Source: an uncultured bacterium | Lineage (GTDB): Bacteria > Patescibacteriota > JACMRA01 | Direction of reading: 5' to 3' | Assembly: GCA_963704645.1 (NCBI GenBank) | Contig: OY969926.1 | Coordinates: 512,001 to 576,000, forward strand | Length of the DNA: 64,000 nucleotides | Shown here: positions 48,701-57,995 of the stretch, one piece after another | How the letters are laid out: each line of letters opens with the position of its first letter | Numbering within the stretch: position 1 is the stretch's first letter | Notes under the pieces: model-generated | Seen by the model: only the letters and a program-made list of their open reading frames with translations | Told to the model about the DNA's origin: nothing | Database searches by the model: none | Translations under genes and position numbers: made by a program

Positions 48701-49534
48701 ATGATAAACAAATACAAAGTTAATCAAATTGTACTTTCTACAAATTTACTATGTTTTTTTATACTTCAGTTTTGGTTGTATTCTAAGGAAAGTTTGTTAG
48801 ACTGGTACACTGTTCCTGCCTTATTTGTTATAGTAATTAATTTACATTATTTTTTAAATGTTTTGCATTTGGCTACTCATAATTTAATGTCTAAAAAACG
48901 CTGGGCTAATAATTATATGGGAAGAATAAGTGCAATTCTAGGCGGACTTACTTTTGCTGAATTTTCTAAAACTCATTTACAGCACCATCTACATCCAGCA
49001 GACTCTTCAAAAGACCCGGACTATTTGCTTACTAAATCGGGTAGTTTACTAACTTTGCCTTTTAGAATTTGGGTTAAAGATATTTATTTTTGGAAGACAA
49101 AATTTCTTTCTACTCCCAGCTATTCCAAAATGTATATTCAAGATAGATTAGTTCAAATTATTATTTTAGTTTCAATATTATTTTTTGGAAAAATATCTCA
49201 TTTTTTGTTTTTTTGGTCTTTGCCTTCACTGTTGGTTGGTTTTAGTTATGGTTTTTATTTATTCTATTTCCCTCACTATATTTCTAAATGGGAGAAGAGG
49301 GCTAGGTTAGTTGAAGTATCTCAATTACAAAATTCAAGCTTGGCTGGTAAATTCATTTTTGATAAAATTATTTTATGGAGTATTGATTTATCTAGGTTTT
49401 ATCACGCTCAGCATCACTTTAAAATTCAGGATAACTTAAATTACTACCCTTTGTTAGCTTATATAAAAGATGTTTTAAGTAATAAATTGTCGCCCAAGTT
49501 TGCCACAGAAAAAACTTTTACGGTAGAGAAATAA
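48701..49534 (+). CDS. CrtR-like carotene hydroxylase (desaturase superfamily)
   Basis: His boxes HLATH, HLQHH...DPD, HAQHH; divergent from the crtY genes. Confidence 0.7.
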   Translation: MINKYKVNQIVLSTNLLCFFILQFWLYSKESLLDWYTVPALFVIVINLHYFLNVLHLATHNLMSKKRWANNYMGRISAILGGLTFAEFSKTHLQHHLHPADSSKDPDYLLTKSGSLLTLPFRIWVKDIYFWKTKFLSTPSYSKMYIQDRLVQIIILVSILFFGKISHFLFFWSLPSLLVGFSYGFYLFYFPHYISKWEKRARLVEVSQLQNSSLAGKFIFDKIILWSIDLSRFYHAQHHFKIQDNLNYYPLLAYIKDVLSNKLSPKFATEKTFTVEK

Positions 49535-49613
49535 TACTAGGAAATATAAAAACCACCCGTAGGTGGTATGTTTTGTTTTGAATTTTGAAATCGGATGATT
49601 AATAAATTACAAA

Positions 49614-49636
49614 GGCGACGCGGGGATTGCCCCTAC
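49614..49636 (-). repeat. GTAG-type REP
   Basis: Reverse complement GTAGGGGCAATCCCCGCGTCGCC. Confidence 0.65.
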
Positions 49637-49644
49637 GACCTTAA

Positions 49645-52251
49645 TTAACTTCTGCTTCTTGTCCACAGTTTGTTGTCGCTTCCACGTACAAATTGGTATT
49701 GTTTGTTGTTGAAAGCTATAGATGTTGGAGCATCTTTAATGGTAATATTATTACCTTGCATCCAATCTGAAGATAGAGAATAGTAATTATCTACGTTTAC
49801 ATTTCGGTGATATAATCTTCCATCAACTCCGTACCCTGCTTCTACTAAAGCTGAAGCGAAAACACTAAAGTTTGTTGGTAGATTGCTGTCTAACGATCTA
49901 GATAAGTATGGGTATTGGCCAGTAAAATCTGTAGTAGAGTATGTATTATTTATACCTTTTGAACTAGCTGAAATTGCTAATTTTGATGCATTTACAACTG
50001 GCTTAGAAAGCTTATTATATTCGAATGAGTCGAATCTGCTCCAAGCGCCAAATACTTCGCTGTTATCGGCTGATCTTGTGTATAAACCGTTGTCAGTACC
50101 AATGGCAATTTGGTAAATTCTAGAGTTTAATACAGCTACGTGAACTTCTGTGTTAACTGTAATATTTCCAGCTTTAACCCAAGCAGGGTTTGTGTAAGAT
50201 GTTGCAGAAAAGCTGCTGAATTTGGCAACATAAGAACCGTTATCTGTTCCTGTGGCGTATAACCAATATTTTCCGTTAAAAATTTGTAAGTTTACTTTGT
50301 CTTTTAAGGTAATAGCTCCAGATCTTCTCCATCTTTCTCCTCCTACTTCACCAGATTTCCAAAAGTATAAACCATTGTCTGTTCCGTGAGCGAATACATA
50401 TAAATCTCCGTTAGGATCTACGCTTAAAGTAGGTGTACCTTTAATCGTAATAGAACCTAATCTGCTCCAGTTACCAAAGTTTCCAGTGGTGTCCATGCTT
50501 CTTAAGTATAAACCATTGTCTGTTCCCCAGCCAGCTTGATATAATTTGCTACCCACAACTAACTCTTCAGTTTTACCAGCTAAAGTAATAGAGTTGGGCG
50601 ACCAAGAGCCAAAAGGCTGCCATGAAATTACAGTTGTTACTGTAGAATAACTTCCACCATTAATACTAACCTGAACATTTTTAGATGTGGTTGTATTAAT
50701 TCCAGTTAACGGTATTGAAGGGCAAGATAACAAGTTTAAGTTAAATACATAACAACCTAGGTAACTTGAACTAGAACCACTAATTTGAATTCTCAGTTCT
50801 GTTGGCATAACAAAACTTAGTCCTTTCTGTAGAGTAAATCCACAATAATATGTGCTAGATTCTGCTAAGCCAGTTGAATTTTGAACACAATATGGGAAAT
50901 CTGAACTAATATTAGCAATACCAATTGTTGTTGGTGTGTATGGTGTTGCACAGTCTAATTTGTAAATCTCGCCATTGCCTATTCCAAAAATTATCTGGTT
51001 AGAACTATTTCTGGCTAAATTTGAAGTTCCAAATGGATTTGTATATGGAACAACATATTCTACTGTAGAATTGGAGGTTTTTAATTTTCTTAGTTCTCCA
51101 TCAACTTGAAAATATATATTGCTGTTATCAGATTCAGTAATAATTTCGTTGGTATAATAAACATTTGTTGACCCAATTGCAGTATATGTTGGAGTTGTAG
51201 AAATTGGAGCATTATCTGTATCTAAAATTCTCTTGAAAAGCAAATTACCATTGCTTCGTAGATAGTAAGAAACGTATACACCACCACCCGCTACAGAACT
51301 TGGAAGAGCAGTTATTGCAGTATATGTTGTAGGATTGACATCGCTACTATATTGATAATCAGCTTTCTTGGTTCCATTTGTATTTAAGATTAGAACACTT
51401 AAGTTGTTAATCGAAGGTGTGTAACTTACTACAGGAACGAACATTAATCCAGCTGGAGAAACTGTTAAATCATTTAAATTAAAATATCTATCAGTGCCAT
51501 AAGTGGTTATACTTGGTAAAGTGTAGGTGCTTAATAAGGTTCCTGTAGAAGATATTTTTTCAATTTTTGCAATAGTTCCTAAATTTGTTTCATAGCCAAT
51601 GTATAAATTACCAGAACTATCTATTTCTAAGCCGTTAGATTGTACAAATTTATCACCGCTTAATGTGTAAATTAGTGTATAATTACTTGTTCCTGCTGAA
51701 ACCTTAGAAATTTTATAATTACCGGCTCCAATACTGTTGTCGTAGGCAATTTGAAAAGCGTCTCCTGCAGAATTAGCAACAATGTTACCAAGAAAATAAT
51801 CTGATGAAACATTAATAGTTGTAACAGTTCCGCCCGAATTAATTCGTGAGAATTTATTAATGTTGTTTTCATTATCATATCCTGATGAATAGGTGTTGCC
51901 AACTCCGTCTGTTGCTAGACCATTTAAATATGATATAGGTGAACTTGCAAAATAGTTGGCTGAACAAGTGTAATTATTAGTTACAGCTTGTAATTTGGCT
52001 GAGCTTAATGAAGAACTAGTCCTAGTTGAATCGGATGTTAATAAACTTTGGCTAGGTTGTGTACCCCATCCATTCTTTGTAAGTTCGGCAGATAAAGTTG
52101 GTCTTCCTGAATTTTGAGAAGCTGTGTAAATGCTATTTCTAAAGCTATCTTCCGCACTTGAAGTATTAGCAAGGGTTGTTACAGTTGGAGCTAGTGTTAA
52201 AGCTAAGCCCATAACCAAAAACGAGCTAAGTAATTTGTATGTAAATGACAT
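49645..52251 (-). CDS. Secreted beta-propeller protein with C-terminal Trp-rich lectin-like repeats (paralog 1)
   Basis: Signal peptide; NHL/SBBP-like repeats; GTDNGLY..W repeats. Confidence 0.75.
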   Translation of the reverse strand: MSFTYKLLSSFLVMGLALTLAPTVTTLANTSSAEDSFRNSIYTASQNSGRPTLSAELTKNGWGTQPSQSLLTSDSTRTSSSLSSAKLQAVTNNYTCSANYFASSPISYLNGLATDGVGNTYSSGYDNENNINKFSRINSGGTVTTINVSSDYFLGNIVANSAGDAFQIAYDNSIGAGNYKISKVSAGTSNYTLIYTLSGDKFVQSNGLEIDSSGNLYIGYETNLGTIAKIEKISSTGTLLSTYTLPSITTYGTDRYFNLNDLTVSPAGLMFVPVVSYTPSINNLSVLILNTNGTKKADYQYSSDVNPTTYTAITALPSSVAGGGVYVSYYLRSNGNLLFKRILDTDNAPISTTPTYTAIGSTNVYYTNEIITESDNSNIYFQVDGELRKLKTSNSTVEYVVPYTNPFGTSNLARNSSNQIIFGIGNGEIYKLDCATPYTPTTIGIANISSDFPYCVQNSTGLAESSTYYCGFTLQKGLSFVMPTELRIQISGSSSSYLGCYVFNLNLLSCPSIPLTGINTTTSKNVQVSINGGSYSTVTTVISWQPFGSWSPNSITLAGKTEELVVGSKLYQAGWGTDNGLYLRSMDTTGNFGNWSRLGSITIKGTPTLSVDPNGDLYVFAHGTDNGLYFWKSGEVGGERWRRSGAITLKDKVNLQIFNGKYWLYATGTDNGSYVAKFSSFSATSYTNPAWVKAGNITVNTEVHVAVLNSRIYQIAIGTDNGLYTRSADNSEVFGAWSRFDSFEYNKLSKPVVNASKLAISASSKGINNTYSTTDFTGQYPYLSRSLDSNLPTNFSVFASALVEAGYGVDGRLYHRNVNVDNYYSLSSDWMQGNNITIKDAPTSIAFNNKQYQFVRGSDNKLWTRSRS

Positions 52252-52430
52252 AATATTTAGCTCTCATAAAATAAGTAGTTTGTCCAGTATATTTTTGCAT
52301 TATTTATTTAATGAAGTTTTCTAGTATAAACACAACATTTCACTTTGTGAATAAAAACAATAAATAGAAAAACCACCCGAAGTTGAGGGGTGGAATGTTT
52401 TTGTGTTTAGTATTAAACTTAAATTGAGAA

Positions 52431-52454
52431 GGGCGAAACGGGGATCGCCCCTAC
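52431..52454 (-). repeat. GTAG-type REP
   Basis: Reverse complement GTAG-GGGCGA-TCCCCGTT-TCGCCC. Confidence 0.7.
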
Positions 52455-52462
52455 GAAGTAAA

Positions 52463-55060
52463 TTAACTTCTGCTTCTTGTCCAAAGTTTGTCGTCTGTTC
52501 CGCGGGCAAATTGGTATTGTCTGTTATTGAAAGTAAATTGGGTAGGGATGTCTTTTATAGTAATTCCGTTTCCTTGCATCCACCTAAAGCTGTTCAATTT
52601 ATTAGTCTGGTCAGCGTTTCTATAGTAAAGCCTTCCATCTACTCCGTAACCAACTTCTGTAAATATTCCATTAAATAAACTAACATTTGTTGAAGATTCA
52701 GAATTTAATGAGTATTGGAAAAACCCACCGTTTATAAACTCTGTATTAACGAAGGCGTAACTAAGAATTTTGTCAGATGAAGATATAGCCAATTCAGATC
52801 CGTCTATGACTGGTTTAGAAAGTTGATCGTAAGTATAAACATCAAATCTTCCCCAACTTCCCCAAACTTCATCAATTCCCTGTGATCTAAAGTACAACCC
52901 AAAATCAGTACCAATAGCAATTTGATACAACTTAGAATTTAAAGCTGCACCTTGAACAGTTTGGTTAACAGTAATGTCTCCAGCCTTAGTCCAGTTAGGT
53001 AAAGCATAACTAGTAGCAGAGAAAGAAGTATATTTAGAAACATATAATCCATTATCTGTACCAGTAGCATATAACCAATACTTTCCATTAAAACTATGTA
53101 AGGTAACAGCATCTTTAATTGTAATACTTCCAATTCTTCTCCATCTTTCTCCTCCTACTTCACCAACTTTCCAATAGTATAATCCGTTATCTGTTCCATG
53201 AGCGAATACATATAAGTCTCCATTAGGATCTACACTTAAAGTAGGAGTTCCCTTAGCTGTAATAGAACTTAATCTTTGCCAGTTGCTAAATACATTACTA
53301 GTATCCATACTTCTTAAATATAATCCTGAATCTGTTCCAAAAGCAGCTTGATACATTTTAGAGTTATATAGTATTTCTTCTGTTTTTCCTGCTAGAGTTA
53401 TTGAGTTTGGAGACCAGGTGTTGAAGGGTTGCCAGGTGGTTATTGAATCAATAGTTAAAGGGCCAGTGTTATTTACATAAATCTGCATGTCATGACTAGA
53501 GCTGGTTGTTATACTTCCCATTTGGTTCTGAACGTTACAGTATAAATAATCGCCATTTATAGAATTAGTTAGTTCGCATGCACTTGCTGTTAAACCGGAG
53601 CCAACAATGTTTGCACTAAACTGAGTTGGCTCGTTAAATGTTAAACCTTTACTCATAAGTAAGTAGCACTCATTTCCCAATTCAGATGTACCAGAAATAT
53701 TAGTGTTATATTCACAATAAGAGTTACTTAGGTCAATATTATCAACAGTTAAGTTTGTGGAAGAATAAGTGGTGGAGCAATCTAGTTTAAATAGATCTGA
53801 GCCATTGGCTAGAGCAAAGACAACTTGGTTAGTAGAATTTACACCAGCTTCAATTCCAAAAGCTAGAGGTAACGCATCCTCCATTACTGATGTTGCAATA
53901 TTAAGTCTTTTTAAACTATATGCAGGTGAGTAAAAATACAAATATGTATTATCGTTATTTATAAATGATTGATTAATAAAGGTGGCGAAGGATATGTCTG
54001 TAGAAGAAAAATCTGGAGTTGTTGCAATTGGTAATATATCTGTATCTCTAATTCTTTTTACTTGAAGTGTTCCTTCAGAATTGGTGTAGCTAGCGTAAAC
54101 ACCACCACCAGTTATCCCGTCAGGTAATTTGGCTATAGAGTTAAAGGTGTTAGGTGTTTCAAGGCTGCTAGAGCTATACTCGAATGTGCCTTTTTGAGTT
54201 CCATCACTGTTTAAAACTAAAATAGAGTAGGGAGTGAAAGATGAAGTAATGTATGGTACAATTGGAATATAAATTAATCCAGATTCAGAGACTGTAATAT
54301 TACCAAGATTATATTCGTGAGAGAGACCAAAGCTGGTTATATTTGGTAATGTAATTGTACTTAGTAAAGTTCCTGTATTTGTTATTTTTTCAATTTTGGT
54401 TTCAACCGGATTAAAATTATTATCAAGTAAGTTATAGGAAGCATGTAAATTACCAGAACTATCTATTTTTAAACTTTCTGGAGATGTGTATTTTTCAGTA
54501 GTTAAAGTGTAAATTAAATTAAACTGTGTAGTGCCATTTGGTATTTTATATACTTTAGTATCAAGAGTGGCTGTGTCAAAAGTTAATTGGTAAACATCTC
54601 CGTTTGCAGTTCCAATTAAATCACCTGCTAGTAAATTGCTAGAAAGAGGAATTGTGCCACTTATAGCTCCGCTGGAATTGATTCTGTAAACAGGTGAATT
54701 GCTATAGCCAACTGTGTAAGTATTACCAAGACCGTCAGTAGTTAAATATCTAGTTGTAGGTGTGGATACAGTGCCAAAGTAATTAGCATTACAAGTAGCA
54801 GTAGGTACGCCTCCTTGCAATTTTGCATTTTGCAATTTACCAGTATTTCCCTGAGTTTTATCTGAATTGGAATTAACTTCTAAATTTTCTCCCCAACCAT
54901 TTTTCTTAAAACCTTCTGGTAAGTTTAGACTTGTTTGTGTAGAAGAAATTCTTGCTTTTTCAACATTAGCTGGCAAAGCCTTAGCTGAAATTGACGGTAA
55001 CGAGGTTATGGCTAAACCTGCTATTGTTACAAAAGTAATAATTTTGTTAATTGAATGCAT
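52463..55060 (-). CDS. Secreted beta-propeller/lectin-like protein (paralog 2)
   Basis: Same architecture as paralog 1. Confidence 0.75.
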   Translation of the reverse strand: MHSINKIITFVTIAGLAITSLPSISAKALPANVEKARISSTQTSLNLPEGFKKNGWGENLEVNSNSDKTQGNTGKLQNAKLQGGVPTATCNANYFGTVSTPTTRYLTTDGLGNTYTVGYSNSPVYRINSSGAISGTIPLSSNLLAGDLIGTANGDVYQLTFDTATLDTKVYKIPNGTTQFNLIYTLTTEKYTSPESLKIDSSGNLHASYNLLDNNFNPVETKIEKITNTGTLLSTITLPNITSFGLSHEYNLGNITVSESGLIYIPIVPYITSSFTPYSILVLNSDGTQKGTFEYSSSSLETPNTFNSIAKLPDGITGGGVYASYTNSEGTLQVKRIRDTDILPIATTPDFSSTDISFATFINQSFINNDNTYLYFYSPAYSLKRLNIATSVMEDALPLAFGIEAGVNSTNQVVFALANGSDLFKLDCSTTYSSTNLTVDNIDLSNSYCEYNTNISGTSELGNECYLLMSKGLTFNEPTQFSANIVGSGLTASACELTNSINGDYLYCNVQNQMGSITTSSSHDMQIYVNNTGPLTIDSITTWQPFNTWSPNSITLAGKTEEILYNSKMYQAAFGTDSGLYLRSMDTSNVFSNWQRLSSITAKGTPTLSVDPNGDLYVFAHGTDNGLYYWKVGEVGGERWRRIGSITIKDAVTLHSFNGKYWLYATGTDNGLYVSKYTSFSATSYALPNWTKAGDITVNQTVQGAALNSKLYQIAIGTDFGLYFRSQGIDEVWGSWGRFDVYTYDQLSKPVIDGSELAISSSDKILSYAFVNTEFINGGFFQYSLNSESSTNVSLFNGIFTEVGYGVDGRLYYRNADQTNKLNSFRWMQGNGITIKDIPTQFTFNNRQYQFARGTDDKLWTRSRS

Positions 55061-55294
55061 ATTGGTTAGTAAATTACTATGCTGTACAAATTTGTTAAAT
55101 TAGGCAGGATGTCAACAAATTCATCAATCACACCATTCCTCAATAATTAGTAACAAGAATCTTATCTAAGAAATAGAAAAATCACCCAAAGCTTGTATCA
55201 TGTTTTTAGCTTTAGTTCAGACTTCTTAAATTATAATATTATCAAGATGGTGAATCTTCCAAACGGAATCGAGTCATATTAGCTACTACCAAGA

Positions 55295-57895
55295 TTAATT
55301 TCTGCTTCTAGTCCAAAGTTTGTTGTCAGTTCCGCGGGCAAATTGGTATTGTCTGTTATTGAAAGTAAATTGGGTGGGTGTTTCTTTTACAGTTATTCCA
55401 TTTCCATTTATCCAACCTGAAGTAACATATGATAAATTATTTTCTCTTATATTTCGGTAGTATAATTTATTATCAATTCCATAACTTGCTTCAGTAAACT
55501 GACCATTAAACACGCTAATATTTGTTGCGGAATCAGAGTCTATTGAACCTTGAAAATAACTATTCGTATTCATGAAATCTGTGTTAATATAGGCATAGCT
55601 AAAGTTTTGAGCTGATATAGATATAGCCAATTTACCATTATTTACAACTGGTTTAGAAAGCTGATCATAGGTATATAAAAGATCATACCTCTTCCAAGCA
55701 CCAAACACATCACTACTATCAGCCGATCTAAAGTACAACCCAAAATCAGTACCAATAGCAATTTGATACAACTTAGAATTTAAAGCTGCACCTTGAACAG
55801 TTTGGTTAACAGTAATGTCTCCAGCCTTAGTCCAGTTAGGTAAAGCATAACTAGTAGCAGAGAAAGAAGTATATTTAGAAACATATAATCCATTATCTGT
55901 ACCAGTAGCATATAACCAATACTTTCCATTAAAACTATGTAAGGTAACAGCATCTTTAATTGTAATACTTCCAATTCTTCTCCATCTTTCTCCTCCTACT
56001 TCACCAACTTTCCAATAGTATAATCCGTTATCTGTTCCATGAGCGAATACATATAAGTCTCCATTAGGATCTACACTTAAAGTAGGAGTTCCCTTAGCTG
56101 TAATAGAACTTAATCTTTGCCAGTTACTAAATACATTACTAGTATCCATACTTCTTAAATACAACCCACTATCCGTTCCAAAAGCAGCTTGATACATTTT
56201 AGAGTTATATAGTATTTCTTCTGTTTTTCCTGCTAGAGTTATTGAGTTTGGAGACCAGGTGTTGAAGGGTTGCCAGGTGGTTATTGAATCTACTGTAAGT
56301 GGTCCTGTATTGTTTATGTAAAACTGTATATCGTGAGTAGAGCTTGTAGTTATGCTTCCCATTTGGTTTTTAATACTGCAATATAAATTACCAAAAGTTA
56401 TTCTTAGTTCACAATCTGTGGGCGCAAGGCCTGATCCAACAATGTTGGCACTAAGTTGGGTGGGAGTGCTAAATGTTAAGCCTTTGGTTAAGTATATTTC
56501 GCACATATCTCCTAATTCTGAAGTGTTAGAAAAATTTGTAGTGTAGTAGCAGAAAGACTTACTTACATCTATATTATCTACTGTTATGTTGGTAGAAGAA
56601 TATGGAGTTGAACAATCTAGTTTAAACAAATCTGAATAGCTACTTTGAGCAAAAACAATTTGGTTAGACGAATTTATTGCAACTTCAATTCCATAATTAT
56701 AAGCGGCAAGCGGCAAAACATCTTCCATTGCGGATGTTGAAAGATTAACTCTCTTTAAATTGTAGTAAGGAGAATAAAAATACAAGAAACTATTATCATG
56801 GTTGGTAAATGATTTATTTACACTAGTGTTGTAGTGCGTTCCAGAAAAAGAAAATTCTGGTGTGTTAGAAACAGGCAAAGTATCAGTATCTCTAATTCTT
56901 TTTATTAAAAGTGTGCCATCTGGAGTAGTGTAGCTAATGTATACTCCTCCTCCAGTTACTCCATCTGGTACTTTTGCTATGTCATTAAGTTGATTACGTG
57001 TATCTAAACTTGCAGAACTATATTCAAAAGTTTGGAATCCGCTGTTGGTTTTAATTAAAATATTGTAAGTAATGCCATTTTCATTTCCTGTTGAAATAAT
57101 TGGAATATATATTCTTCCACTTTCGGATACGGCAAATTTACCAATGTCATACATGTAGGGTGGGCTTTGAATTGGTAAGGCGAAACCCTCAATATATGTT
57201 CCACTGCCAGATATTTTTATTACAGAGTCTGTCATATCCGAGTAATAAATTATATGAATGTCTCCCGCACCATCAATTTGTAAACCATCAGGACTACTAT
57301 ACTCATATGATTGAAGTGTATAAATTAAATTATACTGAGTTGTACCTGCAGGTATTTTATAAATTTTAGTAATGGCTCCAGATGAAGAGATGGTATCCAA
57401 AGTTATTTGATAAACATCTCCAGTTGCATTAGCAACTATTTTGCCTGCAAGTAGGTTGCTTGGCAAAGAAATTGTGCTAGTTATAGTTCCAGTAGAATTC
57501 GTTCTAAAAACTTGGTTAGTTTGTAACGTGCTGTTGTACCCAACAGTGTAAGTATTGCCCATTCCATCTGTGGTTAAGTATGAAGTTGTTGGTGTAGGTT
57601 GTGTGCTGAAATAATTAGCATTGCAAACATAGTTGGCAGGTGTGCTAGCCGCTAATTTTGTATTTTGTAGTTTAGTATCTCCTCCTTTCGTCTTTTCTAA
57701 GCTAGAATTAGTTTTTAAATTTTCTCCCCAACCATTTTTCTTAAAAGCTTCTGGTAAGTTTCGGCTTATTTGTGTGGAAGAAGTTCGTGTTTTTTCAGTA
57801 TTGGCAGGCTGAGCTTGAGTAGAAATTAATGGTAGCGAAGTTATAACTAAACCTGCTATAGCTACAAAAGTAACAATTTTTTTTAGTGAAATCAT
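55295..57895 (-). CDS. Secreted beta-propeller/lectin-like protein (paralog 3)
   Basis: Same architecture; 566-bp near-identical block shared with paralog 2. Confidence 0.75.
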   Translation of the reverse strand: MISLKKIVTFVAIAGLVITSLPLISTQAQPANTEKTRTSSTQISRNLPEAFKKNGWGENLKTNSSLEKTKGGDTKLQNTKLAASTPANYVCNANYFSTQPTPTTSYLTTDGMGNTYTVGYNSTLQTNQVFRTNSTGTITSTISLPSNLLAGKIVANATGDVYQITLDTISSSGAITKIYKIPAGTTQYNLIYTLQSYEYSSPDGLQIDGAGDIHIIYYSDMTDSVIKISGSGTYIEGFALPIQSPPYMYDIGKFAVSESGRIYIPIISTGNENGITYNILIKTNSGFQTFEYSSASLDTRNQLNDIAKVPDGVTGGGVYISYTTPDGTLLIKRIRDTDTLPVSNTPEFSFSGTHYNTSVNKSFTNHDNSFLYFYSPYYNLKRVNLSTSAMEDVLPLAAYNYGIEVAINSSNQIVFAQSSYSDLFKLDCSTPYSSTNITVDNIDVSKSFCYYTTNFSNTSELGDMCEIYLTKGLTFSTPTQLSANIVGSGLAPTDCELRITFGNLYCSIKNQMGSITTSSTHDIQFYINNTGPLTVDSITTWQPFNTWSPNSITLAGKTEEILYNSKMYQAAFGTDSGLYLRSMDTSNVFSNWQRLSSITAKGTPTLSVDPNGDLYVFAHGTDNGLYYWKVGEVGGERWRRIGSITIKDAVTLHSFNGKYWLYATGTDNGLYVSKYTSFSATSYALPNWTKAGDITVNQTVQGAALNSKLYQIAIGTDFGLYFRSADSSDVFGAWKRYDLLYTYDQLSKPVVNNGKLAISISAQNFSYAYINTDFMNTNSYFQGSIDSDSATNISVFNGQFTEASYGIDNKLYYRNIRENNLSYVTSGWINGNGITVKETPTQFTFNNRQYQFARGTDNKLWTRSRN

Positions 57896-57995
57896 ATTTA
57901 TTGGTAAATTACTATATTCTACCCATTTGTTAAGTTGGTTCAGATGTCAACAAATTTTCTTGACCAGACTATCCCTGAATAATAGGTTTAATAAG

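Noticed and set aside
52884-56290. DGR template/variable repeat pair
   Set aside because: Too long, both copies are coding, mismatches are synonymous and not adenine-specific, and no reverse transcriptase is in the window
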